A DNA stretch of 64,000 nucleotides from an uncultured Anaerolineaceae bacterium (GCA_964475265.1 CAYYVY010000009.1:1002-65001), one strand, 5' to 3'. Counted from the first letter of the stretch, positions 1 through 9,808 are shown. Notes: generated from the letters alone by a model not told the origin. A program made the numbers and translations.

Positions 1-686
1 TGAATCTCAACGCGCACCCAAGAGCCCTCGGATAAAACGATGGCTCGATCGACGGATAAATGTGGAGCAACCGGAACAATCAGGACGTTGCGAAGTTCCG
101 GGGGCAAGATGGGTCCGCCTGCCGCCAGCGCATACGCTGTGGAGCCTGTCGGGGTGGCAATGATCACGCCGTCGGCAACGTAGGTCGTAAGATAATGATC
201 GTCGATTTCAGTGTACAAATGCACAGGCCGGGTCATTTCGCCTCTGCCGATAAACGCCTCGTTGAGTAATTCCCATGCTCCCTGCACCTCGCCTGCCCGC
301 ATGTGGACGGAACGCAGCATCATGCGTTCCTCCAAACGATAATTCCCCGCTAATACCCGGTCCACAGCCGGCTTCCAATTGTCGTGCGGGGCTTCCGTGA
401 GGAAGCCCAAGTGACCCAGTTTGATCCCCAATATAGGCACACGAGGTGCTGCACAGAGATGACTGGCGCGCAGCATCGTTCCATCACCGCCGACGGCCAC
501 AAGCAGATCGACATCACCGGCTAAAACGCGTTTTCGCAGCTCTTTGTCATAAAGCCCGGCAGAGATGGTTGATACGTTGTTGGTTGCGAAGTAGCTTGCG
601 ATATCAGCCGCCAATTCACCCGCTGCTACAACAGTCGGGTGTGAGGCGATGGCAACGCGTTGGGGTACAAATGCAGCTAGACTCAT
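1..686 (-). CDS. nadK: NAD(+) kinase, runs off the window edge (not in the ORF track)
   Basis: Manual translation from ATG at 686 gives MSLAAF...VAVGGDGTMLRA...GHLGFLTE...LLNEAF...ADGVIIATPTGSTAYALAAGGPIL, the GGDG, NE and TPTGSTAY motifs of NAD kinases. Confidence 0.93.
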   Translation of the reverse strand, partial: MSLAAFVPQRVAIASHPTVVAAGELAADIASYFATNNVSTISAGLYDKELRKRVLAGDVDLLVAVGGDGTMLRASHLCAAPRVPILGIKLGHLGFLTEAPHDNWKPAVDRVLAGNYRLEERMMLRSVHMRAGEVQGAWELLNEAFIGRGEMTRPVHLYTEIDDHYLTTYVADGVIIATPTGSTAYALAAGGPILPPELRNVLIVPVAPHLSVDRAIVLSEGSWVRVEI

Positions 687-723
687 CTTTTGTATTATAG
701 CTGAGGGTTACCAAATTTTCGTT

Positions 724-1233
724 TCAGCCCAATCCTTGATCGCAGATTTCCTGGTGCCCGCAGGCACGGCATCGTCTGGGTGAATCGTGCGAGCGATGCG
801 GAATTCGCTGTGCGCAGCGCCGTATTTCGGCAAGGATGTCGAGCAGCTCATTCTCAAGTTCGAAATTAAAATCGACGGCAAATGATTTATCCGCGTACTT
901 GACGATGCCATGTTTGGGGCGGCGGTCGTAGACCTGGCTAACAAGGTAGCAGTATGCTGCCAATTGATAGATGTGCCCCGGGTAGGGTTGAAGGGGAGCT
1001 CTTCCGGACTTCAATTCAACGGGAACGATTCCTTCAGCGTCTCGGATAAGATAATCGGGTTTGCCGGAGAGACCCGTTACAGGATCATAAAGCGCGTGTG
1101 GAGTGGAGGCAAGCCTCGATGTGTCCAGGTAGACGACTTTGCCAGGCGGAAGACCAACGCGGGTGTATTGTCGACTCGCGACTCGTAGCATGAACAGGCC
1201 CATCACGAACAAGATCAGGATAACGATCGGCAT
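724..1233 (-). CDS. Cas4-like PD-(D/E)xK nuclease, C-terminal part, with N-terminal TM helix
   Basis: GKPDY...VELKS, QLAAY and terminal CRAC-x5-C motifs; hydrophobic N-terminus; lacks the first Fe-S Cys. Confidence 0.85.
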   Translation of the reverse strand: MPIVILILFVMGLFMLRVASRQYTRVGLPPGKVVYLDTSRLASTPHALYDPVTGLSGKPDYLIRDAEGIVPVELKSGRAPLQPYPGHIYQLAAYCYLVSQVYDRRPKHGIVKYADKSFAVDFNFELENELLDILAEIRRCAQRIPHRSHDSPRRCRACGHQEICDQGLG

Positions 1234-1236
1234 GTC

Positions 1237-1485
1237 TCACTCAAGCGCCAAGGAAGCAAGATATGCGACACCGCTGACAAGCGCCGCAGCTAGAAAAATG
1301 TAGCCTAACGTACGCAGACATCCCGTCAAGATGACGGCGCGACCGTGCTGTCCATGGATTTGATTTCCCGTCGACAGACGTTTTTGGGTTTCTTCGGATT
1401 GAAATCCTTGCTGGGTGTACCACCAGGCTCTTTGGCAGTATACAAATTCAACGATCTCCGAGGCGCGAATGTTTCTTTCGGCCAC
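1237..1485 (-). CDS. Cas4-like nuclease N-terminal part with C-terminal TM helix
   Basis: IRASEIVEFVYCQRAWWY and GNQIH match the Cas4 N-terminal S-x5-YCxR and GxxxH motifs; hydrophobic C-terminus. Confidence 0.75.
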   Translation of the reverse strand: MAERNIRASEIVEFVYCQRAWWYTQQGFQSEETQKRLSTGNQIHGQHGRAVILTGCLRTLGYIFLAAALVSGVAYLASLALE

Positions 1486-1488
1486 GCC

Positions 1489-2124
1489 TTATTCAGATCC
1501 TAGCTTCTTCTCAACCGACTCGAGTGCGATCTTCAATTCGTGTTGTCGTAGACTTGTGGTCAGATCCCCTCGCGTGCGTTCGGTTACACCGCGCACCATG
1601 TCCGTCGTCCGGCGTAGATTATCCGTAATGGCATCGGGGAAGTCGATCGTGACGAGTAAGCTGTAGATTTCGTCCATATATCCAAGCAGGCGTTCTGCCT
1701 CGGTGAACTCGTCGTGACGAAGAATGTCCAAAACACGACGACGTAATTCTCCCGCTGCTTCGCCCAGACCACTGAGATAGGCTGCATAATCCACATCCAA
1801 TTTCTTGGGAGAGGGCAAGGGGTCATTCGCTAACAGGGCCTGGACGCAGCTCGCTTCGACATATTCCCGCAGCGCACTGCGTGTGTATCCGGCATGATAC
1901 AGATCGGGGTATTCGGCCAGAGTTTCCTTGAGCGTGGCGATGAGATCGGTTGCGGCCTGTAATTGTTCCTGGCAGACGCCGAGTTCGTCGCGATGTGCTG
2001 CCCGGATGGCTTTTGAGCAATGACGAATGATTTTACGTGTTTGTTGCAGCGCACGATCGCGTGCGGCGTTTTTTATTTCGAGATATTCGCGGATTTCCTC
2101 ACCGATGGCTTCGAGTTTGTCCAT
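1489..2124 (-). CDS. Translin/TRAX-family protein (archaeal-type, COG2178-like)
   Basis: Helical 211 aa protein with EYVEA, YLSGLGEAAGELRR and LRRTTD motifs. Confidence 0.85.
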   Translation of the reverse strand: MDKLEAIGEEIREYLEIKNAARDRALQQTRKIIRHCSKAIRAAHRDELGVCQEQLQAATDLIATLKETLAEYPDLYHAGYTRSALREYVEASCVQALLANDPLPSPKKLDVDYAAYLSGLGEAAGELRRRVLDILRHDEFTEAERLLGYMDEIYSLLVTIDFPDAITDNLRRTTDMVRGVTERTRGDLTTSLRQHELKIALESVEKKLGSE

Positions 2125-2127
2125 AGT

Positions 2128-2478
2128 TCACTCATCGTCCGTAGGTTTTGAGTCGGGAGAGTCTGGGGGCACTCCCTTAAATAAATGGTCTGCCAACGAA
2201 GTGCCTTCCGGAAGCTCGATTTCACCATGCTCCGCTTCGAAGCGCGTCATGTGTTCCGACAATGCGCGTAGAAGCAACTTGGTGTTAAAGGCGGTCATCA
2301 CGACTCGGGCGAGGACATTTGCCTGCGCAACCTGCGGCAGGATTTGCGCATAATCGATGATGAACTCGGAGCGTGAATGGCTGATTAAAGCAAAATTGGA
2401 ATACGTGGCTTCAAGCTGTTGGGGTAAATTGACTCGAATGTGGCCGGCTACGTTGGGTTTTCCAGCACTCTTGGACAT
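2128..2478 (-). CDS. DUF3467-like protein
   Basis: YSNFALISHSRSEFIIDYAQ...ARVVM...FEAEHGEI pattern; ATG at 2478 preferred over TTG at 2520. Confidence 0.75.
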   Translation of the reverse strand: MSKSAGKPNVAGHIRVNLPQQLEATYSNFALISHSRSEFIIDYAQILPQVAQANVLARVVMTAFNTKLLLRALSEHMTRFEAEHGEIELPEGTSLADHLFKGVPPDSPDSKPTDDE

Positions 2479-2550
2479 AAACAAACTCCAGAGGGAAAGG
2501 TCGCCCTCAACCACAAACAATCGGGCTGAGGGCTTGTCGTGGATAACGAA

Positions 2551-2958
2551 CTAGAAGGGGATCTCGTCTTCAGATTCTGGCCCGATCCCGGGGTCCGCAT
2601 CAACGCCGCCTTCATCACCGCGGCCTCCCAGGAAGCGGATGGTTTGTGCCGTGACCTCGAAGGATGCGCGTGGTTGGCCGTCGTTGCTGGTCCAAATCCG
2701 CGGATTGCCATTTTCGTCGGGATTGAGTCGTCCTTCGACCAGGACACTGCGGCCTTTGCGCAGGTATTGATTCACGGTTTCTGCCTGCCGTCCCCAGACC
2801 GTCACGCGGAACCAGGTGGTTTCTTTCTGCTGCTCACCGTCGCGTGACCAGGTGCGGTTGGTGGCTACGCTGAGATTGCACACCGCTTGACCGCTGGGCG
2901 TGTAACGCATCTCAGGATCGCGACCGAGATTGCCGACAAGAATTACTGTATGGAACAT
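2551..2958 (-). CDS. ssb: Single-stranded DNA-binding protein
   Basis: VILVGNLGRDPEMRYT, WFRVTVWG, VLVEGRL and acidic EDEIPF tail. Confidence 0.97.
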   Translation of the reverse strand: MFHTVILVGNLGRDPEMRYTPSGQAVCNLSVATNRTWSRDGEQQKETTWFRVTVWGRQAETVNQYLRKGRSVLVEGRLNPDENGNPRIWTSNDGQPRASFEVTAQTIRFLGGRGDEGGVDADPGIGPESEDEIPF

Positions 2959-3218
2959 GGGAATTCTCCTCTCCGATGGGGGTTATGGTCTCGTTCCGGC
3001 CCGGGTGGCCGTGCACTTCTTACAGTTACCCACCGGCTATAGAACAATTGTACTATGAAAGCGTTGCTTGTCAACATCAAGAAACCGTCGATCTGTGCGG
3101 ACTCGAGCCCATGTGGGGTTTTCAAATGAAACCCGTGCACGAAGTGTATCGATCTGCAAATCAGCGCGTTTAAAGATCACTAAATGAGCGCAGCGCGATA
3201 CGGGTAAGCTTTCCATCC

Positions 3219-3267
3219 TTGACACAATATTAAGAAACGTTTATATTTCATCGCACTTAACAGTTAA
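3219..3267 (+). promoter_or_regulatory. Sigma70-type promoter plus candidate MarR operator
   Basis: TTGACA (3219-3224), 17 nt, TATATT (3242-3247); palindrome TTAACAGTTAA at 3257-3267 just before the marR RBS. Confidence 0.6.
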
Positions 3268-3279
3268 TGGAGGTTAAGT

Positions 3280-3741
3280 ATGGCGGATAACGAAACGCTC
3301 ATGAATAAAATGCGCGCTTGGATGGAAATATTCATGCGTCACTCGATGCGTAACTTCATCCGCTATGCAAAGGAAAATGGGCTTTCATTATCCCAGTGTG
3401 GTGCACTAATTCACCTTCACCACATTGGCAGCGCTGGGGTTACCGACCTGGGAGATCACCTGGGCGTGAGCAGCGCTGCGGCAAGCCAAATGCTGGATCG
3501 GCTGGTGCAACAAGATTTAATCCTGCGTTCTGAAGATCCGGGTGACCGCCGTGTCAAACAGATTGTGCTAACCGCTAAAGGGCAGCGGATAATGGAAGAG
3601 GGAATCTGTGCTCGCGTGAGCTGGTTAGCAGATGTATTCAATATGATTAATCCCAGCGAAAAGGAACAGATTGCTAGGGCATTGGATACCTTGATCGAAA
3701 AAGCCACACAGCTGCATTCTCCCAACGAACCCGAACATTAA
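3280..3741 (+). CDS. MarR-family transcriptional regulator
   Basis: Winged helix with LGVSSAAASQMLDRL and DRRVKQIVLT. Confidence 0.92.
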   Translation: MADNETLMNKMRAWMEIFMRHSMRNFIRYAKENGLSLSQCGALIHLHHIGSAGVTDLGDHLGVSSAAASQMLDRLVQQDLILRSEDPGDRRVKQIVLTAKGQRIMEEGICARVSWLADVFNMINPSEKEQIARALDTLIEKATQLHSPNEPEH

Positions 3742-3767
3742 GGCTGAACTTAGAGGAGCAAGCTTAC

Positions 3768-6008
3768 ATGCTGCGATTGCGAAAATACCTAAAACCGTAC
3801 GCCCTTTTCATCGTCTTATCCATTTTGCTGTTGTTCGTCCAGGCAAATGCGAATCTGGCACTGCCGGATTATCTCTCGAAGATCGTCAACAACGGCATCC
3901 AGCAAAACGGCGTCGAAAACGCAGTGCCGATCGCCGTCCGCCAGAGCGAAATGGAACGACTGCTAATCTTCATGAGTGACGAGGAATCTGCGCGCGTGAT
4001 GGACGATTATCTTCTCCTTGAGCCGGAATCCGCGGAAGCCGATGCGTATCTTGAAGATTACCCCATCCTGGCGGCGGAACCCATTTATGTGCGTAAGGAT
4101 GTCGGTCAAAAGGAGATCGAGGAGCTCAACCCCATCATGGGGCGGTCTTGGTTGGTCGTTTCAAGCATCGAGCGAATGATCGCAGATCCCACTCAAGCAC
4201 CGCCGATAGATTTGGGTTTCGATTTCGACCCCTCTATGATCCCGGAAGGCATGGATGTTTTCGACGCACTGAAAAGGTTGCCTGCCACTCAGCTGACCAT
4301 GGTGAGGGACCGAATAGATGAAATGGTCACGGCCCTCGGAGACAGCATGATCACGCAGATGGCCGTCGGCGCCGTTCGACTGGAATACGAGGCGCTCGGT
4401 GTTGACACCGGACAGCTTCAAATCAACTACATTCTGCGTGCTGGCGGTTTGATGCTCTTGATTTCGCTCGTTGGTGGCGTATGTATCATCGCTGTCGGCT
4501 ACATGGCAGCCAAAACGGCTGCCGGAGCGGCGCGCGATATCCGCAAAGATGTGTTCCAAAAGGTGGAACATTTCACCAGCACGGAATTCGATAAGTTTTC
4601 GACGGCTTCGTTAATTACTCGGTCGACCAACGACGTGACTCAGATCCAGATGGTCATATTCATGACCATGCGCATGGTCTTCTATGCCCCGATCCTCGGC
4701 ATTGGCGGTATTATCCGTGCCATCGATAAGAGTGCAGAGATGTGGTGGATCATTGCCGTGGTCGTCGGCGCGCTGCTCAGCGTTATACTGGTCGTCTTCT
4801 CGATCGCGCTGCCGAAGTTCAAGATCATCCAAAGCCTGATCGACCGCCTCAACCTGGTGACGCGTGAGCATTTATCGGGAATGATGGTCATCCGCGCCTT
4901 CAACAAGCAGGAGGATGAGGCCGAACGTTTTAATAAGGCCAATCGAAAATTGACCGAAACCAGCCTGTTCATCGCCCGCGTGATGGTTACCATGATGCCC
5001 GTGATGATGCTGCTGATGAATGGGTTGTCGCTGGGAATCATCTGGGTCGGGTCTCATCAGGTGGCGGAAGCGAACATGCAGGTTGGCGATATGATGGCGT
5101 TTCTCCAATATGCCATGCAGATCGTTTTTGCCTTCATGATGATGTCCATGATGTTCATTTTCCTGCCCCGGGCGGCTGTGTCCGGCGATCGCATTGCCGA
5201 CGTATTGGAAACGGAAATCTCAATTCGGGATCCGGAAGATCCGCAGCAATTTGAGAAGGATTTTCGGAGCAAGGTCGAATTCCGCAACGTCTATTTCCGC
5301 TATCCGGGCGCGTTGGACGATGTGCTGCATGATATCAACTTCACAGCCCTCCCTGGTGAAACAACGGCTTTCATCGGCTCGACGGGCTGTGGCAAATCGA
5401 CGGTAATCAACCTCATCCCGCGTTTCTACGACGTGACTCAAGGCAGCATCTATCTGGATGGCATCGATATTCGCCGGGTCCGCCAGCACGATTTGCGTGA
5501 CAAAATCGGTTATGTTCCTCAACAAGGTATGTTGTTCTCGGGAACCATTGAGAGTAACTTGCGTTACGCCGATCAGGATGCCAGTGAAGAAACACTGCGA
5601 GAAGCCGTCGATATCGCCCAGGCCAGCGAATTTGTCTTTGATGACGAAGAGGGCTTCGATGCGGAGATCGCTCAGGGGGGGACCAACGTTTCCGGTGGGC
5701 AGCGGCAGCGCCTGGCAATTGCACGCGCCCTGGTTAAAAAACCCCCCATTTATATCTTCGACGATAGTTTCTCGGCGCTGGATTTTAAAACGGATTCAAC
5801 GCTGCGCAGGGCCCTCAAGGAGAAAACTGGTGATTCGACAGTGCTGATCGTCACGCAGCGCGTGGCTACGGTCAAGAGCGCGGATCAAATCATCGTGCTC
5901 GAAGAAGGCAGGGTGGTTGGTAAAGGCAAGCATCACGATTTGATGCAGACCTGTGAAACGTATCAAGAAATCGCCCGCTCGCAGTTGAGCGAGGAGGAGT
6001 TGGCATGA
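3768..6008 (+). CDS. ABC exporter, fused permease/ATPase (heterodimer subunit A)
   Basis: TM domain, Walker A GSTGCGKST, signature VSGGQRQR, degenerate Walker B IFDDS. Confidence 0.93.
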   Translation: MLRLRKYLKPYALFIVLSILLLFVQANANLALPDYLSKIVNNGIQQNGVENAVPIAVRQSEMERLLIFMSDEESARVMDDYLLLEPESAEADAYLEDYPILAAEPIYVRKDVGQKEIEELNPIMGRSWLVVSSIERMIADPTQAPPIDLGFDFDPSMIPEGMDVFDALKRLPATQLTMVRDRIDEMVTALGDSMITQMAVGAVRLEYEALGVDTGQLQINYILRAGGLMLLISLVGGVCIIAVGYMAAKTAAGAARDIRKDVFQKVEHFTSTEFDKFSTASLITRSTNDVTQIQMVIFMTMRMVFYAPILGIGGIIRAIDKSAEMWWIIAVVVGALLSVILVVFSIALPKFKIIQSLIDRLNLVTREHLSGMMVIRAFNKQEDEAERFNKANRKLTETSLFIARVMVTMMPVMMLLMNGLSLGIIWVGSHQVAEANMQVGDMMAFLQYAMQIVFAFMMMSMMFIFLPRAAVSGDRIADVLETEISIRDPEDPQQFEKDFRSKVEFRNVYFRYPGALDDVLHDINFTALPGETTAFIGSTGCGKSTVINLIPRFYDVTQGSIYLDGIDIRRVRQHDLRDKIGYVPQQGMLFSGTIESNLRYADQDASEETLREAVDIAQASEFVFDDEEGFDAEIAQGGTNVSGGQRQRLAIARALVKKPPIYIFDDSFSALDFKTDSTLRRALKEKTGDSTVLIVTQRVATVKSADQIIVLEEGRVVGKGKHHDLMQTCETYQEIARSQLSEEELA

Positions 6009-7894
6009 ACGATCGTGACCGAAATCCATCATCGCAGCGCAGACCTCGCGGGCTGATGCGTGGCCGTGGACCGATGGGACACGGCGGGCCGATGGCCATG
6101 CTGAAGGGGGATCGAGCGCGGGATTTCAAGGGTACGATGCGCAGGCTGGTCCAATATCTTGGTTCGTACAAGACCGCCATCGTGATCGTGATGCTCTTCG
6201 CGGTAGCTTCAACGATCTTTGCCATCGTTGGTCCCAAGATATTGGGTCAGGCTACGACGAAATTGTTCGAGGGCGTCATCGGGATCGTTACTGGGACGGG
6301 CAGCGGAATCGATTTCGATTACATCGGTCGGATCATTCTGATCACACTGGCTTTGTATCTGGCTTCTACGTTGTTCTCATACATCCAGGGTTGGATCATG
6401 GCCTCGATTTCCACGGACATTACCTACCGCTTCCGCAAGGATATTGCCGCCAAGATCAACCGCATGCCCTTTGAATACTTCGACCGAACCAGTCAGGGTG
6501 AAGTGCTCTCACGCATTACCAACGACGTGGATACGGTCAATCAGACGCTAAGTCAAAGCCTCTCGCAGATTGTTACGTCGGTCATCACGGTGATCGGCGT
6601 TTTGATCATGATGATATCGATCAGCTGGCAGATGACGATAATCGCCTTGCTGATTATTCCACTGTCGGCGGGGATCGTCGTCCTGGTGGTGAGCCAATCC
6701 CAAAAATACTTCATGCAGCAGCAGGATTACCTTGGCCACATCAACGGGCACGTCGAGGAGATGTTTGGCGGTCACCTGGTGATGAAAGCCTTCAACGGGG
6801 AAGCCGAAAGCATCGAACGCTTCGATGGATTGAATGAAACGCTTTACACATCGGCGTGGAAATCCCAGTTCTTCACCGGTCTGATCATGCCCATCATGAA
6901 TGTCGTCAGCAACCTCGGATATGTCGGCATCGCCATTCTGGGAGGCTACCTGGCGACCCAGCAAACGATCACCGTGGGCGACATCCAGGCTTTCATCCAG
7001 TACGTGCGATCCTTCACACAACCCATCCAGCAGATCGCCAACATTTCCAACGTCCTCCAGCAAACCGCCGCGGCGGCGGAGCGGGTCTTTGAATTCCTCA
7101 ACGAGGCCGAAGAAATTCCTGACGTCGAATACCCCGTACAGCCGGAAGACATCAAAGGCCATGTCGTTTTTCAGAACGTCCGTTTTGGGTATACCCCGGA
7201 CGAAATCGTGATCAAGAATTTTTCCGCCGACGTCAAACCGGGGCAAAAGATCGCCATCGTGGGTCCCACGGGCGCCGGCAAGACGACCATGGTGAAATTG
7301 CTGATGCGGTTTTACGACGTCAACGAAGGAGCGATCCTGATCGACGGACACAACATCAAGGATTTCCGGCGTGAGGACTTGCGCTGCATGTTCGGCATGG
7401 TGTTGCAGGATACCTGGCTGTACAACGACACCATCATGGAAAACATCCGCTATGGAAAGCCCACTGCCAGCGACGAAGAAGTAATCGCCGCTGCGAAAGC
7501 CGCGCATGTCGATCACTTCGTACGCACGCAGCCCGAGGGCTACAATCTTGTGCTCAACGAAGAAGTAACCAACGTCTCTCAAGGGCAGAAGCAGCTGCTC
7601 ACGATCGCCCGCGCGATAACGCTCAATCCGAGTATGCTGATATTGGATGAGGCGACCAGTTCGGTCGACACCCGTACGGAAGTGTTGATCCAAAATGCGA
7701 TGGACAATCTGATGCAAAACCGCACCAGCTTCCTCATCGCCCATCGTCTTTCGACGATTCGCAACGCCGATTTAATCCTGGTGATGGACGAGGGAGACAT
7801 CGTCGAGCAGGGCAAGCATGAAGAATTGTTGGCTCGAAACGGCTTCTATGCCGAGTTGTATAACAGCCAATTCGAACACGCCGAAGCAGCGTAA
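6005..7894 (+). CDS. ABC exporter, fused permease/ATPase (heterodimer subunit B)
   Basis: GPTGAGKTT, SQGQKQL, ILDEATS, IAHRL; ATGA overlap with the upstream gene. Confidence 0.93.
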   Translation: MNDRDRNPSSQRRPRGLMRGRGPMGHGGPMAMLKGDRARDFKGTMRRLVQYLGSYKTAIVIVMLFAVASTIFAIVGPKILGQATTKLFEGVIGIVTGTGSGIDFDYIGRIILITLALYLASTLFSYIQGWIMASISTDITYRFRKDIAAKINRMPFEYFDRTSQGEVLSRITNDVDTVNQTLSQSLSQIVTSVITVIGVLIMMISISWQMTIIALLIIPLSAGIVVLVVSQSQKYFMQQQDYLGHINGHVEEMFGGHLVMKAFNGEAESIERFDGLNETLYTSAWKSQFFTGLIMPIMNVVSNLGYVGIAILGGYLATQQTITVGDIQAFIQYVRSFTQPIQQIANISNVLQQTAAAAERVFEFLNEAEEIPDVEYPVQPEDIKGHVVFQNVRFGYTPDEIVIKNFSADVKPGQKIAIVGPTGAGKTTMVKLLMRFYDVNEGAILIDGHNIKDFRREDLRCMFGMVLQDTWLYNDTIMENIRYGKPTASDEEVIAAAKAAHVDHFVRTQPEGYNLVLNEEVTNVSQGQKQLLTIARAITLNPSMLILDEATSSVDTRTEVLIQNAMDNLMQNRTSFLIAHRLSTIRNADLILVMDEGDIVEQGKHEELLARNGFYAELYNSQFEHAEAA

Positions 7895-7914
7895 CGCCGT
7901 CGCTTGATGCGCCG

Positions 7915-7938
7915 GCGGATCCGTGGCGTAGGATCCGC
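7915..7938 (+). terminator. GC-rich hairpin after the ABC operon
   Basis: GCGGATCC-N8-GGATCCGC; no U-tract. Confidence 0.35.
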
Positions 7939-8093
7939 GCCCGTTGAGGGACCAGACCTTGATTTCGCCTCATCCTGGCACTCGCACGGAGAACAAGGGC
8001 CATAGGTCATTAATCGACAATGCGCTTGCCATAACGCCAACCCTTTAGTAGACTAATTACATCCGCTTACTCTATAAAGGGGAGGTTGCTGCA

Positions 8094-8528
8094 ATGATCA
8101 CCATCCGCCAACTGCTTGAATCTAAAGGACACGCCGTCTGGTTCATCGCACCAGACGCTTCGATTATTTCGGCGCTGGAATTGATGGCCGAAAAAGACGT
8201 CGGTGCGCTCTTGGTGATGGAAAACCGGGAACTCGTCGGCATTTTCTCCGAGCGCGATTATGCCCGTGAAGCGGCCACCAAGGGGAACGCATCGCTGGAC
8301 GAGCTCGTACGAGACATGATGACCCGGAAGGTATATTCCCTCTCGCCCACTGAGAACATCCAGGCCGCAATGACTCTCATGACCGAGGAACGAATCCGTC
8401 ATTTACCCGTCATCGAAAGTGGTGAGGTGATTGGCGTGATCTCGATCGGCGATGTGGTCAAAAGCACCATCGAGCAGCAGGAATTCATAATATCTCAATT
8501 GGAAAATTACATCACCGGCACACGTTAG
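8094..8528 (+). CDS. CBS-domain pair protein
   Basis: VGALLV, GIFSERDY, IRHLPV, GVISIGDVVK. Confidence 0.92.
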   Translation: MITIRQLLESKGHAVWFIAPDASIISALELMAEKDVGALLVMENRELVGIFSERDYAREAATKGNASLDELVRDMMTRKVYSLSPTENIQAAMTLMTEERIRHLPVIESGEVIGVISIGDVVKSTIEQQEFIISQLENYITGTR

Positions 8529-8743
8529 TCGTTCTTTCGCATCCAAAGACGGTTAGCTGTCGAGGCGATCTCGATCGGCAAACAAGAATCCCTGATGGCA
8601 GCTCCCTGTCAAGATCACTGAGAAAAGCCGGAACGTGCACACGCATTGCGGATCAAATTGCTTGCCGGCCAGCAGGAGGACCTCCTGATGCTCCACCTGG
8701 AGGTCCAAAGCCATAAGTCTTTCGGTTGTTTAAAGATGAGGAT

Positions 8744-9517
8744 TTAAAATCGATCGGGACCGAAGATGCCGTTTTTACCGGCAATGCGCATGACCCGCCG
8801 CCAGCTGTCTCCTTCTCGTTCATCGATTTCATGTTGGTGAAGGTAGTTGCTCTTGGAAATGAACGAATCGAGGTCTTTTTTCAATTCCGCCCAAATTGAT
8901 TTCTGAATGGTGATCAATTTTTCCCTTGCAGAATGATCGTTCAACTCTCGAAAGGCGATTCGGAAATGCGGCAAACAAAGCCCTTCGGATGCTTCGAACG
9001 CCTTCTCCAGTTTTCGATCGCAGATGTACTTGCCCAGTGTAGTGATGTAGCGATCTTCGCATTCCGTCACATAACTGCAGACCGCGCACGATCCGGTAGG
9101 GGCAAGGTGTTGTTCCAGCGCCGTTTGGTTGCGCGTTGTGAGGTTCTGCAGCCAACCGCTGCTGCCATTCGGCGCATCTGCCGTCAAGGCTTTGACAACT
9201 TCCTCCAGGCCGACGGCATACAACATGGCGATCTCCAGCGATCCACCGATATATTCGGCCGCCCGCGCACTGTGTTGCGCGCACAATCCCCTGCGCTCCC
9301 GGAATGCCTGTTGGGTTTCAGGATTGAGGAGCATCTCGGAAAAAATGGAATTTAAATAACGGTCCGACTTCTGCACCAGCAGATTGCACACGGGGCAACC
9401 CGGATGCTTGAGTGTGTCGATCAGGTCAAAATAACTGAAGGGTTTCGACTCTTTTTGGCCGCGCCGGCCGATTTTCAATTCAAGGCTTGGTATCACTTGT
9501 TTGATTTTCGAATCCAT
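8744..9517 (-). CDS. DUF6062-like protein with duplicated CxxC...CxxH domain
   Basis: CPVC...GLCAQH and CAVC...GLCLPH repeats; ATG 9517 has a GAGG RBS. Confidence 0.7.
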   Translation of the reverse strand: MDSKIKQVIPSLELKIGRRGQKESKPFSYFDLIDTLKHPGCPVCNLLVQKSDRYLNSIFSEMLLNPETQQAFRERRGLCAQHSARAAEYIGGSLEIAMLYAVGLEEVVKALTADAPNGSSGWLQNLTTRNQTALEQHLAPTGSCAVCSYVTECEDRYITTLGKYICDRKLEKAFEASEGLCLPHFRIAFRELNDHSAREKLITIQKSIWAELKKDLDSFISKSNYLHQHEIDEREGDSWRRVMRIAGKNGIFGPDRF

Positions 9518-9808
9518 AAACAAACCTCACAACATCGTTTTTCGCCCGGATCACGGATGATTCAACACGGCAAACGGTCCGTACCCGCACACCGTGTTCA
9601 AGCTAGATTAATCATATGGCACAGTTCCTTGCCCTGACCTTGCAATTTCTCTACTGTTCTGCAAGCCGATTTACGGCCCAAGAATGCGGGAATGTCTCTT
9701 TGGCGATACGGTTGACTGTGGGCGTCAAGTTGTGCGCAGCATGGGTTTGGTTCGGGGCCTGACCCGACATCAAACTGCAACTTATTTCCCCAATCAGCGT
9801 ATCAAAGG

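Noticed and set aside
1237-1239. TGA between the Cas4 halves as selenocysteine
   Set aside because: It lies in a loop between TM helices rather than at a Cys ligand position, an ATG follows 3 nt later, and I see no convincing SECIS
724-1485. CRISPR-Cas locus suggested by the Cas4-like gene
   Set aside because: No cas1, cas2, effector genes or repeat-spacer array seen anywhere in the window
6548-7744. 398-aa antisense ORF, and similar long shadows at 15766..16584, 22219..22989, 33137..33985, 55568..56392 and 60437..61258
   Set aside because: Each lies opposite a well-supported gene and has no recognisable motif
8678-8706. GGACCTCC/GGAGGTCC inverted repeat as a mobile-element end or REP
   Set aside because: Single copy with no transposase; at most a terminator between convergent genes
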